A DNA stretch of 63,242 bases, counting the filler, from Octopus bimaculoides (lineage: Eukaryota): assembly GCF_001194135.2 (NCBI RefSeq). It is 6 parts of 6 records of this genome, joined end to end, with 100 filler letters (N's around TTAATTAATTAA, not from the genome) between each part and the next. Parts side by side here need not be neighbours in the genome. Positions count along the whole stretch, not along the records: positions 1 to 30,716 come from NC_068983.1; positions 30,817 to 52,576 come from NC_068981.1; 4 more parts are not named here. One strand, 5' to 3'. The notes beneath the pieces are model-generated. The model did not search any database and was not told the DNA's origin. It saw only the letters and a program-made list of their open reading frames with translations. The position numbers were made by a program, and so were the translations under genes. Positions 26,651 through 39,135 of the stretch are shown piece by piece. Every line of letters starts with the position of its first letter. Position 1 is the first letter of the stretch.

Positions 26651-27524
26651 AGAATCCGAACTCTAAAATTGTTACACACATAGATACGCACAGCGATATT
26701 TATTATATAAACNNNNNNNNNNNNNNNNNNNNNNNNNNNNNNNNNNNNNNNNNNNNNNNNNNNNNNNNNNNNNNNNNNNNNNNNNNNNNNNNNNNNNNNN
26801 NNNNNNNNNNNNNNNNNNNNNNNNNNNNNNNNNNNNNNNNNNNNNNNNNNNNNNNNNNNNNNNNNNNNNNNNNNNNNNNNNNNNNNNNNNNNNNNNNNNN
26901 NNNNNNNNNNNNNNNNNNNNNNNNNNNNNNNNNNNNNNNNNNNNNNNNNNNNNNNNNNNNNNNNNNNNNNNNNNNNNNNNNNNNNNNNNNNNNNNNNNNN
27001 NNNNNNNNNNNNNNNNNNNNNNNNNNNNNNNNNNNNNNNNNNNNNNNNNNNNNNNNNNNNNNNNNNNNNNNNNNNNNNNNNNNNNNNNNNNNNNNNNNNN
27101 NNNNNNNNNNNNNNNNNNNNNNNNNNNNNNNNNNNNNNNNNNNNNNNNNNNNNNNNNNNNNNNNNNNNNNNNNNNNNNNNNNNNNNNNNNNNNNNNNNNN
27201 NNNNNNNNNNNNNNNNNNNNNNNNNNNNNNNNNNNNNNNNNNNNNNNNNNNNNNNNNNNNNNNNNNNNNNNNNNNNNNNNNNNNNNNNNNNNNNNNNNNN
27301 NNNNNNNNNNNNNNNNNNNNNNATTTTTATACATACATATATATATACACACATAGATATATATATATGTGTATATATATGAATACATATATATATATAC
27401 ATATATACATACATATAAATACGTATATACATATAGATATAAGTACAAAAAATACATACATATACATATATATATATATATATATACATACATAAATATA
27501 TATATATTCATTTATTCTTTTATT

Positions 27525-27905
27525 TGTTTCAGTCATTTGATTGCAGCCATGCTGGAGCACCGCCTTTAGTCGAGCAAATCGACCCCAGGACTTATTCTTT
27601 GTAAGCCTAGTACTTATTCTATTGGTCTCTTTTCCAGAACTGCTAAGTTACGGGGACGTAAACACACCAGCATCGGTTGTCAAGCGGTGGTGGAGGACAA
27701 ACACAGACACACAAACATATACACAGAGACATATATATATATTCGACGGGCTTTTTCAGTTTCCGTCTACCAAATCTACTCACAAGACTTTGGTCGACCC
27801 GAGGCTATAGTAGAAGACTCTTGCCCAAGGTGCCATGCAGTGGGTCTGAACCCGGAACCATGTGGTTGGTAAGCAAGCTACTTACCACACAACTACTCCT
27901 TCACC
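27525..27905 (-). mobile_element. SINE family A, best-preserved copy
   Basis: Minus strand: A-box-like gtagttgtgtggtaagtagc, B-box ggttcagaccc, CORE-like ggcaccttgggcaagagtcttctactatagcctc, internal TA/TG repeat, 3' domain ending aatcaaatgactgaaacaaataaaag. Confidence 0.85.
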
Positions 27906-27929
27906 TATATATATCATATATATAATATT

Positions 27930-28520
27930 TATAAACAAACCAGAAAGCTTTGTAAGCTACGGCGATAAAGCGACTATGGAAGTCTATTAGTACAATAATA
28001 ACTATATAATAATATATCATGATAATATATATATTCCGAATTAAAGTGACATTTATATATAAACAATCGACTGAAAAATGACGAGCTAACTCAAACCAGA
28101 ATCGGATCAATAAATCAACGCTTACATGCCTCCTTGTGCATCCGATTGGGCCAAACGCTCATCCATCAATTTATGCCAAATTTTATGAATACATGCTTTA
28201 ACTGACCAATACTACATATAGTACTTATAAATAACCCAGAAGGCATTGTATGTAACGGAGATAAAGCAACTATGGATGTCTATTAATACTATAACTACAC
28301 AATTATAAATCATGATAATAATATATATACTCATAAAATTTGGCTGCAATCGTTGGGTGAGCCATTTGCCCAATCGGATGCGCAAGGAGCCATGTGAGCG
28401 TTGATTTGTAGGTTCGATTCTAGTTTGGGTTAGCTAATCATTTTGTCAGTTATTTATTTATATATAAATGTCATTTTAAATCGGAGTATATATTATTATT
28501 ATGATATATTATTATATAGT

Positions 28521-28525
<5 letters not shown>
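27930..28525. repeat. Composite direct + inverted repeat (X-Y-spacer-X'-Y inverted)
   Basis: Arms of about 200 bp (27995-28190 vs 28325-28525) are reverse complements at roughly 80 percent by eye; a block of about 100 bp (27930-28035) recurs directly at 28227-28330. Confidence 0.85.
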
Positions 28526-28551
<26 letters not shown>

Positions 28552-29926
28552 GATATAGATATATGTATGTATTAGATAAAGATAGAATGAACAGGTAAAA
28601 CGTGGTATCTCTATACACCATGGAATTTATAAATTAAACATAATTGCAGAGTTGTTTACAATAGAATTGCTTGAGTAAATGTTAGCGTATAAATATACAA
28701 ACACACACACATATATACATATATTCATGTGTGAGGGTGTATAAATATATTTATGCAGAACGTCTTATTCCCATATTTATATGATGCATTTTACGCCATC
28801 ATCTCCATTGTAACAACTCTACAATTATGTTTAAATTATAATTTCATGCTCCAAAGTCTATTTATTCTTTCTTTCTAATATATAGCTACTTGCTCATTGA
28901 CGAACCGCATAAAATTATTCTTTTACTCGACTAGTATGGAAGGTGAATTTGAAGTATCGGCCTGCTTAACCTTGATCAGACTGATGTCCATGTATCGGCC
29001 GCACATTTACTTGCAGATACAAGGCAAGATTTTTGGGGGAAGCAATTACACATTCCAGTCTCCCTTATCCACACTACTGTCTTCATCCAATACAGATTGA
29101 CACTCGTTTCATCACCAGCGTTACAGCTAGAACCCAAAGCAATTCGTCAGACGACCACCAAGCTCTTGCCCGAAATTGGAACTTTTTATAGACTTCGGTT
29201 TTTTTCTTTATCTCATAGTGCAGGGTCGAAGAAATAACGCGAGGCATTCGGTCGAACACTATAACGACCATGACATTTCGCTGCCTTAAACTTTCATGTA
29301 GGTATTAACCATGTGATACTTCTTGATAGTCAGCAACTGATCAGAGCTGCAGCGTTTCTTCAATCTGAAGAAGGCGTCTTTGGGGTACAATTTCATCATG
29401 GTGAGATTGCTGTGAAAGATCATCAATGCTTGCAAGGTCTAATAATATTAGTAACTTTAGGAGCTTTAAGTTTTGTGTTGTTCATATTTAGCATTTGTGT
29501 TGTCTATGACGAAAAATGAAAGTTGGCATCATCTACTTAGGAATGCAAGTATTTACACTTAATAGCAAGTAGGTGGTAATGTACATAAGATACGTAAGGG
29601 TGAGTGAGAATGACTAATTATATTTGGAGTATATTACAGTTGATAAACTATAAGGAGAGGAGTCCATAACTGCACGTTTGTAGAAGACTTCCAAAGCAAG
29701 AGATAAGATAAATGTGGAGAATATAGTTTGTTTAGACAGTGCACGAGGCTTTGCTGACGGTAAGAGCAACATGCTGTCATGGAAAAGCTCAAGCGAGATA
29801 GATCACTGGAGTACGTTGTAGGAGAGCAAGATTTAGTAGATCTAACTATCAAAAACTTTCATGGAGTGATAGCTATCAAGTGTCCCTAACGAACTCCTTT
29901 AGTTGATTAATACGTACACGCACACA

Positions 29927-29970
<44 letters not shown>

Positions 29971-30291
29971 CACGCACACACACATATACACACACACACA
30001 CGGCAGTGCCTCCAGTGTGGGAGCAATACTATCGATAATGGTTGAAATTGACCCTCTGACCGATAACTGGTGACCTTCTGTATTTTCTGTTCAGCTGTGT
30101 ATTTAGTATATGTTCGTTTCTTTATTTACTACACGTTTTTTTTATGACATATATNNNNNNNNNNNNNNNNNNNNNNNNNNNNNNNNNNNNNNNNNNNNNN
30201 NNNNNNNNNNNNNNNNNNNNNNNNNNNNNNNNNNNNNNNTATGTATGCATGCATGTATGTATGTATGTATGTATGTATGTATGTATACATA

Positions 30292-30600
30292 TAGCGTGTG
30301 GTGAATAAATTGTTGTCTAAATTACACAAAAATGAAAATAACATCGACATCTCATTTTAACAGGTATATTTATGAAATGAAATAAAAATATCTTGAAATA
30401 CTAAGGAGAACATTTATTCAATAAAATCGCCATTGGCTTCAATCGCGGCCTCCAGATGACTTCGAAATATCCTACAACACTTCTGAACAGTCTCCTTATT
30501 TAAGTTGGTGAATGCTGTCATAATCCTTGCCTCTAGTTTATCTTTGGTCTTACAAGGGGTTTTGTTGGTCTCTCGTTGAACTGCGACACTCACACATATA
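30292..30600 (-). mobile_element. maT/DD37D-like (Tc1/mariner superfamily) transposase C-terminus and right end
   Basis: AVQRETNKTPCKTKDKLEARIMTAFTNLNKETVQKCCRIFRSHLEAAIEANGDFIE* followed by ...caatttattcaccacacgcTA. Subfamily inferred from C-terminal pattern; triad not present. Confidence 0.7.
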
Positions 30601-30716
30601 CATGTTTCCTGGGCTAAACAAAAGAGTAACAATCGTCCGTTCCAGGACAGCCACATTATGTTGGTAAATAGTCTTTGCTTTACACAACACACACACACAA
30701 TATATATATATATATA

Positions 30717-30816
30717 NNNNNNNNNNNNNNNNNNNNNNNNNNNNNNNNNNNNNNNNNNNNTTAATTAATTAANNNNNNNNNNNNNNNNNNNNNNNNNNNN
30801 NNNNNNNNNNNNNNNN
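30717..30816. other. Artificial scaffold-join marker N44-TTAATTAATTAA-N44 (also at 52621, 56448, 58699, 61440)
   Basis: Identical 12-mer (stops in all six frames) centred in 100-bp gaps five times. Confidence 0.95.
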
Positions 30817-30999
30817 ATATATATATATATTTGAAATTTAGAGAAAAACAAAATACGAAGACAGGTTTGAAGCTCGTGAAGGTGTGAAAGTCTCTCACGT
30901 TTCGAACCTAGGTTCGTTCTCCAACAGAAAGGAACACGCGTTTCTAAACAGACAAAGAATAAAAAAAAAACATGTGGATTTCGCGATCAATCATGGAGA

Positions 31000-31545
31000 C
31001 TGTGTATATATACGTACATGGTGGTAGTCTACTCCTTAAACAGAGTTTGACCACCTCCACCCACACAGATTGCACCTCTGATTTGCACTATCAATACCTG
31101 CAAGTAAGTTCTGCTCATTGTGGATTCTAACATGTCTTTTAAGACTCCCATTGGATTTGCAAACCCTCTGGCACACGCCACATTCAAACATGTGCACAGA
31201 CATATAATCCGAATAGCTGGTTGAAGTTTGTTTTCCATGGGTTCGCAGGTGAGATTTGAGGCCAGCCGAAGACAGACATGGTGTGCCACAGACTGTGCAC
31301 ACAAAAAGGTCCTTCTCATTCACCTTCTCAATCTTTCCATTCTTCCTTAAATATCTTTTGAGCCTGGCTTGCGTTATCCTGGCCTCTTCAAACGTTTTTA
31401 CTCCACTCCACACCCTTGTTCGCCATCCAACTCAATCTGAAGCGAGGGCTTCTATATCTTTTGGAGCCATTCCGATTGACTTCATTATAGTCCTTATGCC
31501 ACCCTTAAACCTTATAGATTTAATCCGTTATATAGGCAGCATCTG
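31000..31545 (-). mobile_element. RTE LINE 3' fragment with tandem C2H2 zinc fingers
   Basis: GWRTRVWSGVKTFEE...CTVCGTPCLSSAGLKSHLRTH...CGVCQRVCKSNGSLKRHVRIH...CNLCG; colinear with 50460-50960. Confidence 0.85.
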
Positions 31546-31584
31546 TTTATTTACATACACACATACATACATACATATATACTG

Positions 31585-31660
<76 letters not shown>

Positions 31661-32091
31661 ATATATATATGTATATATATATATATACATATGCATGTAT
31701 ACATTTCGTTCATTTTTTGTATGCTTTGCTACATTCTTTATGTGCATCTTACCAAGTTTGTCCATAGATTTCGTTTTTGTGTCTGGTTTGCAAGAGCAAT
31801 TATTGATTTAATCCGTTATATAGGCAGCATCTTTTTATTTATTTTTCGAACCTGGGATTCTGTTGCGTATGAACGGGTGCACGGCAGGTGGTGCGTGTGT
31901 GTGTGTATGTATGTCAGTAGGTACGTATATCATTATTCAGTTTTGTTTGAAGAATTCTTGCTAATAGTGAATAAACTGGTTTCTAACTCATATCGCATGC
32001 CTCCGTCATTGGAATTTCAACATCAATAGGGTATTTATGCTTGTATGTGTGTATGTACGTACGTATGCATATATGTATGTATGAAAGTATG

Positions 32092-32124
<33 letters not shown>

Positions 32125-35100
32125 GTGTGGGTGTGTGTGTGTGTGTGTGCGTGTGTGTGTGTGTGTGTGTGTATTCAGCTTTGCTTGTTTTGGTTTTATA
32201 TGTATTCTCATACGTATAGTTAGATGGCTAACTATCTAATTATCGCATCAGCTTTCTCCTTTCTTGTCTTAAGAAGCGTAACTCTTCAATATTGCTTTTG
32301 GGGCAGTGTGTTATATATTCCAGTGTCCCGATAATTACAAGTATAAAACTGAACTTACATTCTATGTAGAATCTTTAATTTGAGTAGAGAAATTGCAATA
32401 TGTATGTATGTAATTATAACACCACGCTCTCACCAATCACATGACTACATCGGCGGCACGGTTTACTTCATGCGCCGCTACCTTGCCCACATAAACTATT
32501 TCTCCAAACCAAATTATAAATTATCTACCACTGTAGTAACTTATATACACAAACTTAAAACTCAAGATGTTCCCTAAACTCTATCCTGGCCCATCGTGAG
32601 GCTCCCCCATACAACGCAAATAACTGTATGTAAATTATGTTCAAGAGATTTTATAACCATCCTTGACCGCAACAACACCTCATTATTTAATTGATTCTGA
32701 AATGTAATACTGTCTTGTAAACACAGGATCTACTAAAAATTTGCTCATTTTATTAAATCTGGGTAAATACATGGCTATAAGTATTCATACGCAAAATTAT
32801 CCTTCAGGTACGACAAGGTGAGCCTAACAACCTGGTAACTCAACTAATACTGGTCTCCTCATTAAACTATAGTTTCTCATTTTACCTTTGCAAATTCGTC
32901 TAAACTACAACATTCTACCTCCCTCATAGCCTCTCCACCCTCACAAGTGATCTTTTCACATATTTCTTCCTCAACAAAAAGCACTTAATGCTACTACCCC
33001 ACTCATTTGAATGCCAACCTTTCAGCCCTCTCACTCTTTATTCACTTACTTCTATTCAATTTCATACCCCTCTGCAGACCATAGTATTCACTCTCCAATG
33101 TGAATCCACATTCATTATCTAACTAAACACCGATGTGTTGACCACCAACAAAATAACACCCTGTCCACTCTCTCTATCTTCTCTCATATCTTTTTACACA
33201 CCTTAGTAATCTCCCCCTATAACTGAACTTCACACTTTACTTCCCTCGAATAATTGCTATTCCTTTTCTCCCAGTCTCAACCCATATATCTATAGTTCTA
33301 TTTAACAAACTCAACACTGTAGGCTACCATTGGAATACTATCTACCCGAACGTCCTATTCATCATCTTACATTCCACCTCTACTACTACTCTAATAGTAG
33401 CCTCATTATTAACCCCTCACTCTTCTTCAAATATATTTTCTTCTCTCACTATTCTCTGTTATAATACCGACCAGTCTCCCTTCTCATACGTAGAAATATT
33501 CTTTTAGCCAATGGACTGAATCGAAGACGATGTGTCCACAATTCGTTTATTTTATTTCACATTTGTAACGTATGGTATGGAATATCACGTATATTTCCTC
33601 ACCGATTTATATACGACGGCAGCGCAATTTTATCAATAACAGCATCGAAACAATACGGCAGAATTCCTTCGTAAATTGTAAGAAACAGTGATTGCAAAAA
33701 TAATATGCAACAAATGAATGCAGAAATGTTGCTCTATTAAGGAGCAAATAAATCTCTTCTCTGCTGAAATTCAGTATGTACAGTTTAGTTACCGATTATA
33801 ACTGACCGGAAAATATTCATCAAACGTGAATTAGTAATTAACTTTTTGGGTAATATTTCTTAAAATTTACACGTTATGATCACTCTTTCAGATTATCGAA
33901 TTTTTTACGATAGACAAAATTGTGAGTCAATGTTACACACCATTAAGTGAAATACATTTTTAATATCTGCACACAGTATTTAGATAGGCGAGAATCTAAT
34001 TTATGATTAATGGACGAAATTTTGATCACTATTCATAGCCAATTAAAATATCATCGATTGCAATTAAACCCGACAAAACAAGAAAAGATGAAGGCAAAAA
34101 TGAAATAATATCATACTATTTTACTTCTAAATCAAGCACTTAGAATCTGACATTGAAACAATTAAAAAACCATTAGTTTTATTTATGAATTAAAATTTAT
34201 ATCTTGTATCTAATAATTCGATAATATAGTGGCTCTTTCAAAGAAAATAATAATGTTAAAAATAATTTGCATCAACACTGCTATAAATGATATTGATAAT
34301 TATTTTAAAATTAGCCAGAAGGTTCCGTATGTATGACACAATACGTATCAAACAAAATACTTGTACACATATACGCACGTACATATACGCACACCCTCAT
34401 ACACACACCTGATAAATTGAGGAATGACGTAAAAATCTCATATGCTATATTAATCGTTTTCATGCCTTGTAATACTAATATATATAAATTGAAGTAATTT
34501 ATATCAGTCCAAGACCGCTGACCATGTAGAATCAATATGTGCTAACACATTCTAATACATTTCGTACCAAGTATTTTCTCCAAAAGTTGATAGTGAAATA
34601 TTGTCCGCGTAATCCTGGCCTAATGGAAACTCATTTCTGAGCCCGTCATGCGACAAGTTTCAAAATAACTCCTGGTATGGTTTCTATCAAGCATTTCTTT
34701 CTTTTATCGTGGATAATGTAATTTGAATCCTTTGTTTCACACCTCTATCTCAATCCGTACCATTATATGAGCACACCTCTATTATAACTAATTATTGATT
34801 AACCAAGCATTTATTCAACATAAAAGCAGTGCAAGTTTCACCTGTCTTAGTCTCCAGATTCTAAAGTTACCCATCATGATTTTGCTTTCACTATTCGCAT
34901 CATTTGCTTGTAGTATACAATTTACCCCACATACATAAACGTGGTTGTTATGCTTGAAGAAACTATAAAGGGGTAGATACCGCAGTATAGTTTGTGTCTA
35001 CTAGAACATTCACGTGCAATGGGGAATAAATATAACCGCTTCGTATTAGGCTTACCTCTATAACTGATATACATTGTTTATTAAAAATCTCACTGGCTAT

Positions 35101-36149
35101 TCACGATAGCAGAATATGTTCTACTGGCAAGGTGTTGCTACTATTTGTAGCTGTCGAGCTTGTATCATTGCCAAGGTCAAGGAAAGTGGAATTTACGTGA
35201 TCTGGTAATCACGGTGCTGGAGATGACGGTGATTCATCTCTCTGCTAACAAGATAAATAATAGCGCATGTTGCACCGAAAACCAATATGAGAAATTATAT
35301 ATTGTGATCTAACAGAACATCCATTTTTAAGTGATGATAAATATTACCTCACAGTAAAAATGCAGTATTTAATATTATTTTTAATACATACTTTTCTAGT
35401 AATCCTCGCCACCATACAATAATGTATCGCTGTTACTGGAAGCATCTGATTTGTTCTGCAATGAATTATAAAATCGTTTCATATCTCGGTCTCCGTCCAC
35501 GAGCGTTAGAGTTTTTATGCAATACGAGAGGTTATATTTGATTCTGTATCATTCATTCGGAAATAGGAAGTTTGCAACACGGAAATAGTGGAAGAAACAG
35601 CCATGATTTCATATTTGCTGCCACAAGTTACTTGGGAGCGTGATGCTGCAGACTCGATAGAGTATCTTGCCTTCGTTTGCTGAGAGTTTGACATTCATAA
35701 GGCATTTATTATTACATAAACAAATACATCGCAAGGCATTTCCAGTCACATTGTACTCCCCACCAATTTGCTCCCCATAAATGTCCCCATATATATATAT
35801 ATGTATACAGATGCGTAGATAGATGCATAGACAGAGAGTTGGATTACTACATACACACATACTTACATACATATATAGAAACAAGAAATATCATATCATA
35901 AGCTGTAAGAGCTTAGTATTTTTCAGTCATTTATTCTTATTCATTTGTTTATTTATATTTATGTCTTCATTTACTCGCTTATTTCCTTATTTCATTCATT
36001 TATTTGGATTACTTATAAAAGAATGTCGGATCTTTGCACTTTCATAGGCAGATCGGGTGATTAACTTTTTGTAACTCAACACTTTCAATCTTCGGACACT
36101 GGTAGAATGTGTCATATAAGACATCTTTTACTATTAGCGTTGTTGAGAA

Positions 36150-36422
36150 AAGTTTCTATTTACGAAGTTATTTCGTGTTAAAGTTGTCATATTTCGGTAA
36201 TTTCAACCAATCAATGACGTATATCCAGCTGTATAAAATTGCAGTAAATGATGTTGCTAGAAGTACAAGTAAAAGAGTTGGTTGCATGATAGCATGATAG
36301 GGACGATGATGGTGCTCGTGAGGATAGTGGTTTTGGATAGGTAGTGGCAAGTGGGACAACATGGGCAGTGGAAGGAGCCAATGTGTGAGGTGAGGTTAGG
36401 GGAGAAACTGTAGACCAGGAGG

Positions 36423-36424
<2 letters not shown>
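36150..36424 (-). mobile_element. Penelope-like linker and GIY-YIG remnant (second family)
   Basis: DLLVYS...GSFHCPCCPTCHYL then (frameshift) TNSFTCTSSNIIYC: Cys-rich linker plus the FTC.S.N.IYC motif that precedes the YIG in Penelope-like ORFs. Confidence 0.65.
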
Positions 36425-36473
<49 letters not shown>

Positions 36474-36759
36474 CGCACACACACACACACATACACATAT
36501 ATATACAGGGTATGAGTGAAAGTGGAGTCAATTAGACCCAGAGGTTGAGGTAATGTTGAGTAAGTGCTGTGGATAGAACATAGATTTACAAATGCAATGA
36601 CCAATCTTAAAGACTATTGGATTTTACTCACAAGGTACTGTAATCTTATATGTATACCATTGTACCTAAACAATGGATTTAGAAATACAATATCCCTACA
36701 TTCGGTCTCTATTTCCTATCTTATGTGAAGTAACTATTGCTTAACCATCCTCTCACACC

Positions 36760-36807
36760 GTCTCTGATGAAGGCATATAATAAATATCCTGGAAACAGGT
36801 GTAAGAT
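36760..36807 (+). ncRNA. Minimal type-I hammerhead ribozyme motif (Penelope-type), slightly degenerate
   Basis: gtct-CTGATGA-aggcatat aataa atatcctg-GAAA-caggtg-TA-agat: stem I gtct/agat, stem II agg(c)atat/atatcct, near-palindromic stem III caggtg, UA cleavage site. Confidence 0.65.
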
Positions 36808-37701
36808 ANNNNNNNNNNNNNNNNNNNNNNNNNNNNNNNNNNNNNNNNNNNNNNNNNNNNNNNNNNNNNNNNNNNNNNNNNNNNNNNNNNNNNNNNNNNN
36901 NNNNNNNNNNNNNNNNNNNNNNNNNNNNNNNNNNNNNNNNNNNNNNNNNNNNNNNNNNNNNNNNNNNNNNNNNNNNNNNNNNNNNNNNNNNNNNNNNNNN
37001 NNNNNNNNNNNNNNNNNNNNNNNNNNNNNNNNNNNNNNNNNNNNNNNNNNNNNNNNATATATATATATATATATAATCATTATGTCTTCTACGTTGTATA
37101 CAGCTATAAAAATCGGTTAAAATGTGTGGAAATTTATTTGAATAGTACAACTACAGTTTGGGAAAAAAGTACTATCACCGTGCGAACATCATAAATATAT
37201 TTATAAATATATCGATTCGTATTTTCTTAGTTTCATGACATTTTTAAAAAAATATATAAATGCGATAATAGAAAATATTTGCTCTAATATATCTTGCAAA
37301 CTATATTAAAAACGAATTATGTAGACACATTTTTCAGGAGACAGTTTATTATAGTGTGCTATATGTGGTAATTTTTGTATAAAGTGTTGAATTATACGGA
37401 AGCCATCCAATATTATATGATATATCGATATATGTGTTGGGGAAAGTGATGACACTAAAGCAATAATAACCCTTCTTTGTAAAATAATGCTTATTGCTAG
37501 TTATCCTTAAAAAATGTACAAACATATACATATACTGATACTAATACACATACACATATACACATACACACATATATGCATATATACATATGCCGATGTG
37601 CACACGTACATATGCATTTATTTAAATAGACACACGCACGCAAACACACACACACACACATACACACACACAAACACACACACACGCACACACACACACA
37701 C

Positions 37702-37770
<69 letters not shown>

Positions 37771-37780
37771 NNNNNNNNNN

Positions 37781-37832
<52 letters not shown>

Positions 37833-39032
37833 CAATATGCCTGATTGTGTGTGTAGAAAGAAAGAGAGAGGCAGCAGAGGACGATAGAGAGAAATAGGCT
37901 GAGAAGTAGTGACACTATTCTAACGAAAGCAAGGCTAAACAGAGTAAAGATTTTTTTTTTGTTTTTTTTTGTTTTTCAAATTGGGCAGACTGTTAATCTT
38001 AGACTTCCATTAGAGTAAATGATCTTCCTGGCATTTATCATTACATACAACTATTGTGTTAGAAACAAAAGAAACATGAGTCGACTAAGTCTTGTGAAAT
38101 ACTGATACCAGCTGCCCAGCACCAACTAAAAGCCAAACGGTTATTTCCGGAAGTAAGTCCACGGAATTGCAAACAAGCAAGTGTGTCCTTGAACACGGAT
38201 CACCTGCGAGTACACGGACTGATTTGTGCGGGAAGAAGGTACATATTGAACTATGGACGCAAGTCAAACCAGAAACTACGAAGGGATTTTGATTATATAT
38301 GTGCAAATTGATTACCTCGACAGTTGATAATTGATTTCTAGGAGAGAAGGCAAGCCAATTCTAAATTGATGAGAATCCTGGTAGAAACATAAGATGATAA
38401 CTCATATGTTAAGTGGAGGGCGAAATAGTGCGTATCATTATGATGCGAAATTGGCGACTCAGTATATGGAATAGGGATCATCATTTTTTTCATCATAACT
38501 TCACATTGAGTCACAGGATGAGGGTGTCCGCAAGCTATGAAACCTAAAGTGAGAGATTAAGTAATCTTAGAAAAAAAAAAGTAGAATAAACTAACTGCAA
38601 CTTTATCTAAAAATATTCTCATTGATCATAGTAATTTGTGTGGTCGTCAGTGTTGGCAAAAAATATACAAACAGCAGAGTAGGTTTTTGTCTCAGATCCG
38701 ACGTATATCCCTCACCTAGTCGTGTCTGGCTTCCATCTCTAAAGAACAATAACCCAGAAACTAGTCCACATATATGGTACTTTGCGCTAGATGAGAGTGC
38801 TGAACTCCCTGTTCGAAAATATAAGGACACATTTAGTGTGTTTTATTGCCAGCAAGAAATGATGTTTCTTGGAGCTAAAACAAAAGTAACATCGTCCCTT
38901 TCGGAACAGCCACATGATGTTGGCAAATAGCCATTACTTTAAAGAACTGTTACTGAATGTCTCTCTTTGAGGGATTTGGAAATAATAATATTTCTATATA
39001 TATATACATACAACCATTTATCTATGCACTCG

Positions 39033-39135
<103 letters not shown>

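Noticed and set aside
30885-30935. Hammerhead-like relic on the minus strand (ctgttgga-gaacgaacctaggttc-GAAA-cgtga)
   Set aside because: Core deviates (CTGTTGG instead of CTGANGA; no UH at the cleavage site); possibly a Penelope terminal relic but not a supportable ribozyme.
35115-35210. Short frame MFYWQGVATICSCRACIIAKVKESGIYVIW, either a 54-nt exon or a Gypsy integrase zinc-finger relic
   Set aside because: Weak acceptor, only about 30 codons, and no supporting integrase core nearby.
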